From Burkholderiales bacterium (GTDB lineage Bacteria > Pseudomonadota > Gammaproteobacteria > Burkholderiales > JBBRTU01): a stretch of DNA of 64,000 nt. Location of the stretch: NCBI GenBank assembly GCA_038244115.1, contig JBBRTU010000002.1:131238-195237 (forward strand), given 5' to 3'. The translations under genes were made by a program, and so were the position numbers. This document shows, in pieces, positions 1-9,697 of the stretch. Below the pieces are notes generated by a model, which was given only the letters and a program-made list of their open reading frames with translations, was not told the DNA's origin and did not search any database. How positions within the stretch are numbered: position 1 is the stretch's first letter; each line of letters starts with the position of its first letter.

Positions 1-892
1 TGTTTTCACGAATCAGGTTACGAATCGCCGGCGTGCCAATCATGATTTCGTGCGCCGCCACGCGGCCACTGCCGTCCTTGGTTTTGAGCAGCGTCTGCGA
101 GATAACTGCGCGCAGGGATTCCGACAGCATGGAACGCTCCATTTCCTTTTCCGCCGCCGGGAACACGTCGATGATACGGTCGATGGTTTTGGCGGCAGAG
201 CTGGTATGCAGCGTACCAAACACCAGGTGACCGGTTTCCGCCGCAGTCAGCGCCAGACGGATGGTCTCCAGGTCACGCATCTCGCCCACCAGAATCACGT
301 CCGGGTCTTCACGCAGCGCGGAACGCAGCGCGTTATTGAAGGAGAGGGTATGCGGCCCAACCTCGCGCTGGTTGATCAGACATTTCTTGCTCTGATGCAC
401 AAATTCGATGGGGTCTTCCACCGTAAGAATATGCCCGAATTCTTTGTCGTTGACGTAATCGACCATTGCGGCCAGCGTGGTCGACTTGCCTGAGCCGGTC
501 GGGCCGGTAACCAGCACGATGCCGCGCGGCTGATCGGAAATTTCCTTGAAAATCATCGGGGCGCCCAGCTCTTCCAAGCTTAGCACCTTGGAAGGAATGG
601 TACGGAACACCCCGCCCGCACCACGATTCTGCACGAACGCATTAACACGAAAACGAGCCAGGTTCGGCACTTCAAATGAAAAGTCGCATTCCAGGTTTTC
701 TTCGTAGAACTTGCGCTGGCCGTCATTCATGATGTCATACACCATGTCGTGAACGCCTTTGTGATCTAGCGGCGGGAGATTGATGCGGCGGATGTCGCCA
801 TTGACGCGAATCATCGGCGGCAAGCCCGCAGAAAGATGCAGGTCGGATGCCTTATTCTTGACCGAGAACGCGAGTAGTTCAGAAATTTCCAT
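1..892 (-). CDS. pilT: Type IV pilus twitching-motility ATPase PilT (C-terminal end cut by window edge)
   Basis: My own minus-strand translation from the ATG at 892-890 gives MEISELLAFSVKNKASDLHLSAGLPPMIRVNGD... It carries Walker A GPTGSGKST, LVGEMRD and GHLVFGTLHT motifs. It is absent from the ORF track because there is no stop in the window. Confidence 0.9.
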   Translation of the reverse strand, partial: MEISELLAFSVKNKASDLHLSAGLPPMIRVNGDIRRINLPPLDHKGVHDMVYDIMNDGQRKFYEENLECDFSFEVPNLARFRVNAFVQNRGAGGVFRTIPSKVLSLEELGAPMIFKEISDQPRGIVLVTGPTGSGKSTTLAAMVDYVNDKEFGHILTVEDPIEFVHQSKKCLINQREVGPHTLSFNNALRSALREDPDVILVGEMRDLETIRLALTAAETGHLVFGTLHTSSAAKTIDRIIDVFPAAEKEMERSMLSESLRAVISQTLLKTKDGSGRVAAHEIMIGTPAIRNLIREN

Positions 893-986
893 TTATAATC
901 CCCCGATGCACGCGAAACTCACTCCGCGCGACCAACAAGCATACCTTATGCCAAGTGCGGCAATTTGCAGACTCTTATAAAGCATT

Positions 987-1676
987 ATGGCAATAATAGA
1001 GAAATCCTTGCAAGCAATACACAAGCGTATCGCACAAGCCGCATTGAATTCAGGCAGAGTAGCGGAAGGCGTACACCTGCTCGCGGTAAGCAAAACTTGG
1101 CCAGCCGACGCCTTGCGTGAAGCTTATGCAGCTGGGCAGACCGCCTTTGGCGAAAGTTATTTGCAGGAGGCATTGGGTAAAATAACGGCGTTGACCGACT
1201 TGCCGTTGGAGTGGCACTTCATTGGCCCGATCCAGAGCAACAAAACACGGCTTATCGCGGAAAATTTCGCCTGGGTGCATAGCGTTGACCGGGTAAAAAT
1301 TGCCGAGCGTCTTGCGCAAGCCCGGCCTGAAGCCCTGCCGCCGCTCAACATTTGCTTGCAGGTAAACGTGAGCGGAGAAGGCAGCAAAAGCGGTGTTGCC
1401 CCGCAAGACGTGGCAACGCTGGCCCACGCGACAGCGGGGCTCCCGCACCTAAAATTGCGCGGCCTGATGACGATTCCGCGTCCAACGGATGATATTGCGG
1501 AACAGCGCGCTCAATTCCAGATACTGCGTAAACTACTGGATGAGCTGAATGCTCAGGGTCTGGGGCTGGATACCTTATCCATAGGCATGTCGGATGATCT
1601 GGAAGTAGCCATCATGGAAGGTGCGACCATCGTCAGGGTGGGGTCGGCCATTTTCGGAAACCGAAGAAAACCATAA
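987..1676 (+). CDS. yggS: YggS-family pyridoxal-phosphate homeostasis protein
   Basis: 229-aa ORF with LLAVSKT (PLP lysine context), HFIGPIQSNK and a C-terminal VRVGSAIFG, typical of YggS/PLPBP. It lies next to proC and yggT as in many proteobacteria. Confidence 0.85.
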   Translation: MAIIEKSLQAIHKRIAQAALNSGRVAEGVHLLAVSKTWPADALREAYAAGQTAFGESYLQEALGKITALTDLPLEWHFIGPIQSNKTRLIAENFAWVHSVDRVKIAERLAQARPEALPPLNICLQVNVSGEGSKSGVAPQDVATLAHATAGLPHLKLRGLMTIPRPTDDIAEQRAQFQILRKLLDELNAQGLGLDTLSIGMSDDLEVAIMEGATIVRVGSAIFGNRRKP

Positions 1677-1743
1677 ACCACGGGGTTCACAGGGAATTCG
1701 TTAAAATAGGTTTCCCCGTGGTAATAAACAAGGAATTCAAAAC

Positions 1744-2556
1744 ATGCGTATTACCTTCATCGGCGGCGGCAACATGGCTAGCGCACTTATTGGCGGGCTA
1801 ATACAAAAAGGCTTTGCGGCAAACGATATCGGGGTGGTGGAAATCACGCCGAAGTCCCGCGAACGGCTGGAACAGCAATACAGCATACGAACATACATCG
1901 ATCTGAGCGCAGAAGCCCTCACCTGCGAGGTTGTCGTGCTAGCCGTTAAGCCCCAGCAGCTTCACGAAGTTGCTTCCGACATGAGCGGTTTGCTGCATCA
2001 TCAAGTGGTTGTTTCTATCGCGGCCGGGGTGCGCGCTGGCGACCTGTCACGCTGGCTGGGCAATTACCCCTTGCTGGTGCGCGCCATGCCCAATACGCCT
2101 GCATTGGTGATGGCTGGCATCACTGGGCTTTACGCACTCGAAGGGGTAAACCAGATGCAGCGCTCGCAGGCTGGGCAGGTGTTGGAGGCTGTTGGCGAAG
2201 TCATCTGGCTTGATGATGAAGCGAAAATGGACGGCGTGACTGCCATCTCAGGCAGCGGCCCGGCTTACGTCTTCTACTTTATCGAAGCGTTACAGGAGGT
2301 CGCGCTGGAATTAGGCTTCGACGACGCGACCGCACGCCGTTTGAGCCTTGGAACTTTCCTTGGCGCTACGCGCCTGGCTATTCAGAGCGAAGAGGATACC
2401 GCTGTGTTGCGCGCTCGCGTCACATCCAAGGGTGGCACCACGGAACGCGCCATCGACGCAATGGAGGCTGCCGGCATAAAGGCCAGCATCAAGCAAGCCG
2501 TGCTTGCGGCAGCCGAGCGCTCGCGCGAACTGGGCGACCAGTTGGGTAACAAATAA
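1744..2556 (+). CDS. proC: Pyrroline-5-carboxylate reductase
   Basis: 270-aa ORF with an N-terminal Rossmann motif ITFIGGGNMA, RAMPNTPALV and TSKGGTTE motifs. Confidence 0.9.
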   Translation: MRITFIGGGNMASALIGGLIQKGFAANDIGVVEITPKSRERLEQQYSIRTYIDLSAEALTCEVVVLAVKPQQLHEVASDMSGLLHHQVVVSIAAGVRAGDLSRWLGNYPLLVRAMPNTPALVMAGITGLYALEGVNQMQRSQAGQVLEAVGEVIWLDDEAKMDGVTAISGSGPAYVFYFIEALQEVALELGFDDATARRLSLGTFLGATRLAIQSEEDTAVLRARVTSKGGTTERAIDAMEAAGIKASIKQAVLAAAERSRELGDQLGNK

Positions 2557-2607
2557 GCGCTTGCCCGTGCAACAATTACAACTTGCCATCCGGATCAACT
2601 GAGAGCC

Positions 2608-3183
2608 ATGTTTAATAATGCACTGCAATTCCTGCTGGAAACGGTACTGAATCTTTTTCTGATCGCCTTCATGCTGAGGTTCTATATGCAGCTGTTGCGC
2701 GCGCCGTACCGCAATCCTTTTGCCGATTTTGTTGTTGGGTTGACCGATTTCGCCGTCAAGCCGGCACGGCGTCTTATCCCGTCCGTGGCTGGGCTAGATG
2801 TAGCGACATTGCTCATCGCCTGGCTGCTCGAATTCCTGTTGCTGCTCGGCGTCAAGTGGCTGGGCGGTTTCCCCTTTCTGGTCGCAGGCAGCGGTGTATT
2901 TTTCGCATTTGCCCTGCTGGCAGTCATACACTTGTTCAAGCTGAGTTTGTATTTGCTGATTGGTCTGGTATTCATCCAGGCCTTGATGAGCTGGTTTAAT
3001 CCATTTTCTCCGCTCGCGCCGGTGATTTATGCCTTGAGCAGTCCATTCGTGCGGCCTATTCAGAAAATTCTGCCGCCGATCGGCGGTGTGGATTTATCCC
3101 CCATGGCCGTCTTCGTTATCTGCCAGCTGATCATCATGCTACCGGTCGCGTGGCTGGAAACCATGGTGCTGAGGCTAATATAA
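2608..3183 (+). CDS. yggT: YggT-family integral membrane protein
   Basis: 191-aa hydrophobic ORF with two YGGT-like repeats. Conserved position after proC. Confidence 0.8.
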   Translation: MFNNALQFLLETVLNLFLIAFMLRFYMQLLRAPYRNPFADFVVGLTDFAVKPARRLIPSVAGLDVATLLIAWLLEFLLLLGVKWLGGFPFLVAGSGVFFAFALLAVIHLFKLSLYLLIGLVFIQALMSWFNPFSPLAPVIYALSSPFVRPIQKILPPIGGVDLSPMAVFVICQLIIMLPVAWLETMVLRLI

Positions 3184-3188
3184 GCTCG

Positions 3189-3485
3189 ATGACGATTCAT
3201 CCCTGGTATCGCCTGGACGATTCCGGGCAACGCCTCACGCTCACGCTGCATATCCAACCCGGTGCGCGCGTCACCTCGGTAGCCGGTTTGCACGGAGGCG
3301 CGTTGAAGATCAAGATTGCCGCTCCGCCCGCCGAGGGAAAGGCAAACGCAGCGCTCGCGGCTTTTCTCTCAGAAGCGTTTAATGTTCCCCTGCGGCAAAT
3401 CACCGTTAAACTGGGGAGCCAAGGACGACACAAAGTGGTTGAAATCGAACACCCGAACAATCCGCCGGAAAGCCTGCTCGCTTAA
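3189..3485 (+). CDS. yggU: DUF167/YggU-family protein
   Basis: In-frame ATG at 3189 (MTIHPWYR...) just after the yggT stop. Motifs LHIQPGARVTSV and KIKIAAPPAEGKANAAL are typical of YggU. The track ORF 3150 start overlaps yggT and was trimmed. Confidence 0.75.
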   Translation: MTIHPWYRLDDSGQRLTLTLHIQPGARVTSVAGLHGGALKIKIAAPPAEGKANAALAAFLSEAFNVPLRQITVKLGSQGRHKVVEIEHPNNPPESLLA

Positions 3486-5416
3486 TGAGCAACCGCCTCG
3501 AGCAGGAAATCTCCCATTACCGCATTTGGCGAGATGAGCTCATCGGCGCAGTCGGTGCCTATCAGGCATGGATCGACAAGTCCGGCCGCTTTGATCCCCG
3601 TATATCCCTGCGCATCTACGACCTGCTGGAATCCCTTAAGCATGACCGCTTGGTGTTGGCGTTCGTGGCAGAATTTTCCAGGGGGAAAACCGAACTCATC
3701 AACGCGCTTTTCTTTGCCGATTTCAAGCAGCGTCTGCTGCCGTCTGACGTGGGCCGCACCACCATGTGCCCCACCGAAATATTCCACGATAGTCGAGACG
3801 CGCCATACATCCGCCTGTTGCCCATCGAATCCCGCCTGCGCGATGAAAGCATCAACACACTGAAAAAGATGCCGGTGGAATGGAGCAAGATCAGCCTGGA
3901 TATTGATTCCACAGAAAGCATGCTGGCTGCCTTACAAACCGTGGCCGAAACCAAGCAGGTTCCAATCGCGCAGGCGCAACAGCTTGGCCTGTGGAACAGC
4001 GATGATCTGATTTTGCAGGAAATGGTCAAGGAAAATGGCTTGGTGGATATTCCCACCTGGCGCTACGCGCTGGTCAATTATCCTCACCCGTTGTTGCAAA
4101 GCGGGCTCACCATTCTCGACACACCGGGTTTGAATGCCTTGGGCGCGGAACCGGAACTGACCCTGAGCACAATTCCCAATGCGCATGCCGTGCTGTTTTT
4201 ACTCGCCACCGACACGGGAGTGACCAAGTCTGACCTGGAAATCTGGAATACCTTCGTCAAACAGCATGTGGAACACCGGCTTGCGATACTCAACAAAATC
4301 GATATTTTGTGGGATGAGCTTAAATCGCCCGCTCAAATTGAAGCTACTATCCGGCGCCAACTGGAAACCACGGCACGTCAACTGAATATTCCCCAAGCGC
4401 ATGTACTGGCGGTCTCGGCACAAAAAGCGCTGCTAGCCAAGATTCGAGATGATGCCGCACTGTTGCGACGATGCGGCATCGGCGCACTGGAAAGAATGCT
4501 GGCCGAACAGATCATCCCTGCGAAGCAACATATATTGCATGTGTCGGTGTTAAGAGAGATCGGTGCCATGGCGGATACTTCTCTCCAGAGCGTAGATACG
4601 CAGCTTGCATCAACTGTCCACGAGCTTCGCGAGTTGAACGCCCTCAGCGGTAAAAACCGGGGTGTCGTAGAAGATTTGCGCAACAAGGTCATTGCAGACA
4701 AACATGCCTATGACGAATCAGTCCAGCACTTCAACATCACGCGCTCGCTGATCGTAAAGGAAGGGAATATGCTGCTGGCACACCTGCAGGAGGCTCGGTT
4801 GGAAGACATATTACAGGCTAACCGCGCGGCGATAGAAGGCAGTTGGACCACATCCGGTCTTACCCAGGGAATGCACAACCTACTGCGCCAGGTGGGGCGT
4901 GATTTCGACAAAATTTATGCGCTGGCGCACAGCATCAAGGCGTTACTCAACGCAGCCTATCAGCGCTTCCACGCCCAACACAGCTTTAAGAAGAAGGCTC
5001 CCCCGGCGCTCTCCCTGGAAATTTACCGGGAAAAACTGGTGGATTTACTCAAGCGAACAGATGATTTCTGCCGCGACCCGGTGAACATCATGACCGAGAA
5101 GCATTTTCTCATCAAAAAATTTCACATTGGCCTGGTTACCCAGGCGCACCAAGTGTTCCAGCAAGCGCGCCATGAAAGCGAGGCCTGGCTGCGTGGCGCA
5201 CTGGAACCGTTGATGATGCAAATCCGCGAACACAAAACTGCGCTGGAACAGCGCTCGGAAAATCTGCAGAAAATTCTCGACAACATTGAAACATTGCAAG
5301 AACGTATTGATGCACTGACCATGCAACAGACCGCGTTGGAAAAAGAGAGTGAAACGCTCTCCTCGATCAATACCCGGCTGAAGGTTGGGCCACCGCGCCG
5401 GCAGGTGGCGGAATGA
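3485..5416 (+). CDS. Bacterial dynamin-like GTPase family protein
   Basis: 643-aa ORF with G1 AEFSRGKTELINALF, G3 DTPGLNA and G4 LNKID, plus a long heptad-rich C-terminal half. Its ATG overlaps the yggU stop (TAATG at 3483-3487). Confidence 0.75.
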   Translation: MSNRLEQEISHYRIWRDELIGAVGAYQAWIDKSGRFDPRISLRIYDLLESLKHDRLVLAFVAEFSRGKTELINALFFADFKQRLLPSDVGRTTMCPTEIFHDSRDAPYIRLLPIESRLRDESINTLKKMPVEWSKISLDIDSTESMLAALQTVAETKQVPIAQAQQLGLWNSDDLILQEMVKENGLVDIPTWRYALVNYPHPLLQSGLTILDTPGLNALGAEPELTLSTIPNAHAVLFLLATDTGVTKSDLEIWNTFVKQHVEHRLAILNKIDILWDELKSPAQIEATIRRQLETTARQLNIPQAHVLAVSAQKALLAKIRDDAALLRRCGIGALERMLAEQIIPAKQHILHVSVLREIGAMADTSLQSVDTQLASTVHELRELNALSGKNRGVVEDLRNKVIADKHAYDESVQHFNITRSLIVKEGNMLLAHLQEARLEDILQANRAAIEGSWTTSGLTQGMHNLLRQVGRDFDKIYALAHSIKALLNAAYQRFHAQHSFKKKAPPALSLEIYREKLVDLLKRTDDFCRDPVNIMTEKHFLIKKFHIGLVTQAHQVFQQARHESEAWLRGALEPLMMQIREHKTALEQRSENLQKILDNIETLQERIDALTMQQTALEKESETLSSINTRLKVGPPRRQVAE

Positions 5417-5476
5417 GGCCAATATTTGAATAGGTTTTTACGGTGGTGGACGAAAAAATAGTTTTTTCAAGGACGA

Positions 5477-8044
5477 CTAGTCAGCTTTTTTAGCAGCGCG
5501 CACAGCAGTCTTGACCGGTTTCTTGGTAGCCGGTTTCTTGGTAGCCACTTTCTTAGGTGCGGCTTTCTTAGGCGCGGCTTTTTTGACAGGCTTTTTAACG
5601 GCCTTTGTAGGCCCCTTGGCAGCTTTGGCGGCAACCAGTTCTACGGCTTCATCCAACGTGATGGTTTCCGGGTCAACATCCTTAGGCAAGGTGGCATTCA
5701 CTGAGCCATGTTTTACATACCAGCCATAGCGCCCATTCATCAACGTCAGCGCCTTGCCGTCTTCAGGATGGTTGCCTAAAGCCTTACCGCCAGAAGTGCC
5801 CCCTGTACCCCCTCGCGGCTCTTTTTCCATGACCAGGACTTCCAGCGCGCGGGGTAGTTCGATGGCGTAAACGTCGTCGCTTTTGGGGATAGATTTGAAC
5901 TTGTCATCGTGCAGCAGATACGGTCCGAAACGGCCTATATTTGCCACAATCGGCTTACCTGTCTCAGGATGCTTGCCAACCTCTCGCGGCAAGGAGAGCA
6001 GCTTTAATGCGAAGTCCAGTGAAGCATTTTCCAGCGGGACGGGCTTGGGCCAAGTTGCGCGGCGCGGCTTGATCTTCTTGTCCTCTGGCGTTTCGCCAAT
6101 TTGGACATACCAGCCGTAGCGGCCATTCATCAGTAACACATTTTGACCGCTGGCCGGGTCTTGCCCAAGCACGGTCGGGCCTTCTTCATTGCCACCGGAA
6201 AGAGGCCGCGTATAGTCACACTCCGGGTAGGCGGAGCAGCCGTAAAATACACCACGCTTGCTGGCTTGCAAAAAAATCTGTGCGCCGCACTTCGGACACT
6301 TTTCGTCCAAAGGAACGCCGCGGCCAACATCTTGTTTAGAGGCAAGGTCGCTGGAAAAGTCTTTCCAGAAATCGCTGAGGAGGCGCGTCCATACCTGTTC
6401 TCCATTGGAAACATCGTCTAACCGGTCTTCCAGTTTGGCAGTGAAATCGTAATCAACGTAGTGGGCAAAGTGGGTGGTCAGGAAGCCGATCACCACGCGC
6501 CCGGTGGGGGTCGGTGAAAAGCGCTTCTTCTCCAGCAGCACGTATTCACGATCCTGCAGCGTCGAGATAATACTGGCATAGGTTGAGGGTCGGCCAATAC
6601 CGTATTCTTCCAGAGTTTTTACCAAACTGGCCTCAGTGAAGCGCGGCGGCGGCTGGGTGAAATGCTGTTCGCCGTAGAGCTTGTCTACCGGCAGGGATTC
6701 GCCTTCGGATAATGGCGGCACTTTGGCTTCGGCTTCGTCACCAGCTTCATCCTCGCTTGCTTCTTCCTGATACACCGCGAGAAAGCCAGGAAAAGCCAGG
6801 GTTTGGCCAGTCGCGCGAAAAATACCATCGCCCACGGCGATATCTACGGCAACCGTATCGAACTGCGCGGGCGACATCTGGGAGGCAATTGCCCGCTTCC
6901 AGATCAGTTCATACAGCCGGGCTTGATCCTGGGTCAGAAACGCTTTCACTGACTGCGGTGTGCGGTCAATCGCGGTGGGGCGAACAGCCTCATGCGCTTC
7001 CTGTGCGTTTTTGGTTTTGGCTTTGTACTGTTGCGGGGTAGCGGGCAGATAGGTATTGTCGAATTGTTTGGCGACGTATTTGCGAATTTCGTCGATGGCT
7101 TCGTTCGCCAAATTGACCGAATCGGTACGCATATAGGTGATAAGACCCACGGCACCATCGCCGATATCGATACCTTCATAAAGCTGCTGCGCGGTGCGCA
7201 TGACGCGCTCGGTGGTCATGCCCAACTGGCGCACGCCAGCCTGTTGCAAAGTGGAGGTAGTAAAAGGCGCTGCCGCATTGCGGGCCTTGCGCTTCTTGTC
7301 CACCTTGGTAACTTTGGCGTCTTTGCCCGCAAGCGCGGCAATAATCTCCTTTTGACCGGCCTCATTTTCTACGGAAAACTGGGTGAGTTTGTTTCCTTTA
7401 AACTCGATAAGGCGCGCCGAAAAGGTCTGATTGCTTTTATGGCTGTCGAAATGCAAGGACCAGTATTCGCGGGGCTGGAACTTCTCTATTTCCTCTTCCC
7501 GCTCGACGATCATTCTGAGCGCTGGGCTTTGAACCCGGCCAGCAGACAGGCCCGGACTGATTTTTTTCCAAAGAAGCGGCGACAGATTGAAGCCCACCAG
7601 GTAATCCAGCGCCCGCCGCGCCTGCTGCGCGTTTACCAGATCCATAGCAATATCATGGGGGCTGGCAACCGCTGCGGCTACTGCGGACTGCGTAACCTCA
7701 TGGAAGACAACCCGCTTTAGCTCCTTATTTTTAAGGAGCTTTTTTTCTTTGAGTATTTCGGACAGGTGCCAGGCAATGGCCTCGCCTTCACGATCCGGGT
7801 CAGTCGCTAGATAGATATAGTCAGCGGCTTTGACGGCTTTGGCGATTGCGTCCATATGTTTGGCATTGCGTTCGATCAGGGCATACTTCATTTCGAAGTC
7901 GTGTTCGGTATCAACCGCGCCTTGCTTGGGCACCAAATCGCGCACATGGCCATAGGAAGCCAGGACATCAAAGTCCTTGCCGAGATACTTTTTTAGCGTC
8001 TTGGCTTTGGAGGGAGACTCGACAATGAGGAGTTTGGCGGACAT
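5477..8044 (-). CDS. topA: DNA topoisomerase I with lysine-rich C-terminal tail
   Basis: 855-aa ORF with a Toprim N-terminus (LIVESPSKAKTL, DPDREGE), the active-site context YMRTDS, a CPKCG...C..C zinc ribbon, and duplicated NGRYGWYV repeats. The tail reads KKPVKKAAPKKAAPKKVATKKPATKKP. Confidence 0.95.
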   Translation of the reverse strand: MSAKLLIVESPSKAKTLKKYLGKDFDVLASYGHVRDLVPKQGAVDTEHDFEMKYALIERNAKHMDAIAKAVKAADYIYLATDPDREGEAIAWHLSEILKEKKLLKNKELKRVVFHEVTQSAVAAAVASPHDIAMDLVNAQQARRALDYLVGFNLSPLLWKKISPGLSAGRVQSPALRMIVEREEEIEKFQPREYWSLHFDSHKSNQTFSARLIEFKGNKLTQFSVENEAGQKEIIAALAGKDAKVTKVDKKRKARNAAAPFTTSTLQQAGVRQLGMTTERVMRTAQQLYEGIDIGDGAVGLITYMRTDSVNLANEAIDEIRKYVAKQFDNTYLPATPQQYKAKTKNAQEAHEAVRPTAIDRTPQSVKAFLTQDQARLYELIWKRAIASQMSPAQFDTVAVDIAVGDGIFRATGQTLAFPGFLAVYQEEASEDEAGDEAEAKVPPLSEGESLPVDKLYGEQHFTQPPPRFTEASLVKTLEEYGIGRPSTYASIISTLQDREYVLLEKKRFSPTPTGRVVIGFLTTHFAHYVDYDFTAKLEDRLDDVSNGEQVWTRLLSDFWKDFSSDLASKQDVGRGVPLDEKCPKCGAQIFLQASKRGVFYGCSAYPECDYTRPLSGGNEEGPTVLGQDPASGQNVLLMNGRYGWYVQIGETPEDKKIKPRRATWPKPVPLENASLDFALKLLSLPREVGKHPETGKPIVANIGRFGPYLLHDDKFKSIPKSDDVYAIELPRALEVLVMEKEPRGGTGGTSGGKALGNHPEDGKALTLMNGRYGWYVKHGSVNATLPKDVDPETITLDEAVELVAAKAAKGPTKAVKKPVKKAAPKKAAPKKVATKKPATKKPVKTAVRAAKKAD
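5515..5544 (-). repeat. Perfect 15-bp tandem duplication (ccggtttcttggtag x2) inside the topA tail, followed by degenerate 15-bp units
   Basis: Read directly at 5515-5529 and 5530-5544. It encodes part of the xKKxx pentapeptide repeat of the TopA C-terminal tail. Confidence 0.8.
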
Positions 8045-8139
8045 GCGCGAATAGTGCCTTTAAGAAGCTGTCTTAATTAAGAGTAAAGCGCCGAATAATA
8101 AGGAGAAACGCCAGTGATGGCAAGCAAAGACGGGTAGGG

Positions 8140-8598
8140 CTAATGCAGAACTTGCCGTTCGCCGTCAGAAGGCAGGTCTTCCAAAAATAGGTAATCCTGT
8201 ACTTGGCCTTGATTCCAGAGCATTAATAAGACAATCCATTTCAGCTTGTCCAGGCTGATTTCCTCATCATCAAGTGCCAGTGCGCGGTCGATCACCCATT
8301 CACGCTGGGCTGGCCCGATAATGCCCGCGCCTTCAAGAAAAGCCAGATAGCCCCGGCTTTCCACGTCCAACTTGGCTTGCTCTTCCTCGGCAAAGCAGCG
8401 CAGCGCCATGCTACCTGTTAGCGCTTCGGAAAAACCGTCGCGCGGCAACGCATCAAGTCCGGAAATCCAGTCTAGCGCCAGATTGATCTTGTCGTTGTCA
8501 AAACCGGCGGCAGAAAGCTTTCGCGCCAGAATTTCCTCATCAGGACGGATCTCGGCGACGATAAAATTTTCGAATAAATAAACGAGCAGTTCAAACAT
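8140..8598 (-). CDS. smg: Smg (DUF494) protein
   Basis: 152-aa ORF starting MFELLVYLFENF. Conserved dprA-smg-topA order. Confidence 0.85.
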   Translation of the reverse strand: MFELLVYLFENFIVAEIRPDEEILARKLSAAGFDNDKINLALDWISGLDALPRDGFSEALTGSMALRCFAEEEQAKLDVESRGYLAFLEGAGIIGPAQREWVIDRALALDDEEISLDKLKWIVLLMLWNQGQVQDYLFLEDLPSDGERQVLH

Positions 8599-8604
8599 TA
8601 TTAA

Positions 8605-9687
8605 CTAATTGATTCTCTGATATAAACCACCTGGTAGACAGGCGATTTTTCCCGCCAGTTCCATGTGTAGCAGCATGGCCGAAACCCCGTCAGCCGTCAA
8701 GCCGCTACGAATGACCAGCGCGTCAATAGCTATGGGATCGTGACCAAGCAACGCAAGCAAACCCTCATCTTCTGGGCTGTTGGCGGGTGTCAGGGTGGGT
8801 GTCGCTGAGGGTGCTGCCCAGTTCAGCTCTTCCAGAACGTCCTGAGCACTTTCTACCAGCTTGGCGCCCTGTTTGATCAGGGCATGGCAGCCCTTGGCCA
8901 GGGAAGAATGGATCGATCCGGGGATGGCAAACACCTCACGGCCCTGTTCTGCCGCTTGACGCGCCGTAATCAGAGAACCGCTGCGCAAGGCGGCCTCGAC
9001 TACCAGGCAACCCCGACTCAAGCCGCTGATGATGCGGTTACGACGCGGGAAGTTACTGGCGATCGCCGGGGTACCCAGAGGAAATTCGGAAACCAGCAAA
9101 CCTTCATCAGCAAGCCGGTGCGCTAGGGGACGATTGCGCGCCGGATAGACAATATCCAGACCGGTGCCCACCACAGCTATGCTATGCGCTGCTCCGGCAA
9201 GCCCACCGTTATGGGCAGCGGTATCGATGCCAAGCGCCATGCCGCTTATTACCGTCAAGCCGGCGTCACTCAGCGTATGGGCAAAGGCCTCTGCGGTTTT
9301 TTCACCTTGGGGCGTCGCATTCCGGCTACCGACGATAGCGATACCCGGCTTGCCCAGCAGTTCGACGCGGCCCTTTAGATAAAGCAGGGGTGGCGGATCG
9401 GGGATTTCCAGCAAAGCAGGCGGATATTCTGCGTCGGACAGGGTAACAATGCGGTTTTGCGGGTTTTCCAGCCAGGTCAGCAAGGTAGCGGTTTTGCTGC
9501 GGTCAATGCCCCGGCTGATTTCGTGCGCGATGCTTTCTGAAACGACTTGCCTCAGCGACGCAATGCTTGCCGCGAAAACTTGCTCAGGCAGACCGAATGC
9601 CTGCAGCAAGCGGCGGAATTTTTCCCCGCCGAGGCCTGGAATCAGGCTGAGCGCGACCCAATACTCAAGTTCTTGGGGCGCTTGCAT
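8605..9687 (-). CDS. dprA: DNA-processing protein DprA
   Basis: 360-aa ORF with IAIVGSRNATPQG, ISGMALGIDTAAH and FPRRNRIISG motifs. Confidence 0.9.
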   Translation of the reverse strand: MQAPQELEYWVALSLIPGLGGEKFRRLLQAFGLPEQVFAASIASLRQVVSESIAHEISRGIDRSKTATLLTWLENPQNRIVTLSDAEYPPALLEIPDPPPLLYLKGRVELLGKPGIAIVGSRNATPQGEKTAEAFAHTLSDAGLTVISGMALGIDTAAHNGGLAGAAHSIAVVGTGLDIVYPARNRPLAHRLADEGLLVSEFPLGTPAIASNFPRRNRIISGLSRGCLVVEAALRSGSLITARQAAEQGREVFAIPGSIHSSLAKGCHALIKQGAKLVESAQDVLEELNWAAPSATPTLTPANSPEDEGLLALLGHDPIAIDALVIRSGLTADGVSAMLLHMELAGKIACLPGGLYQRIN

Positions 9688-9697
9688 TTCCTAACCG

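Noticed and set aside
6992-7720. A 242-aa plus-strand ORF inside topA. Similar antisense ORFs occur elsewhere: 12571-13152, 13758-14378, 27229-28011, 31479-32159, 32365-33045, 36050-36988, 38047-39370, 49616-50245, 59704-60675 and 60921-61538.
   Set aside because: Each lies entirely within, and opposite to, a confidently identified gene (topA, htpX, rsmB, prsT, ilvD, livK/H, livM/G, a cytochrome, purH, purD). None has recognisable motifs.
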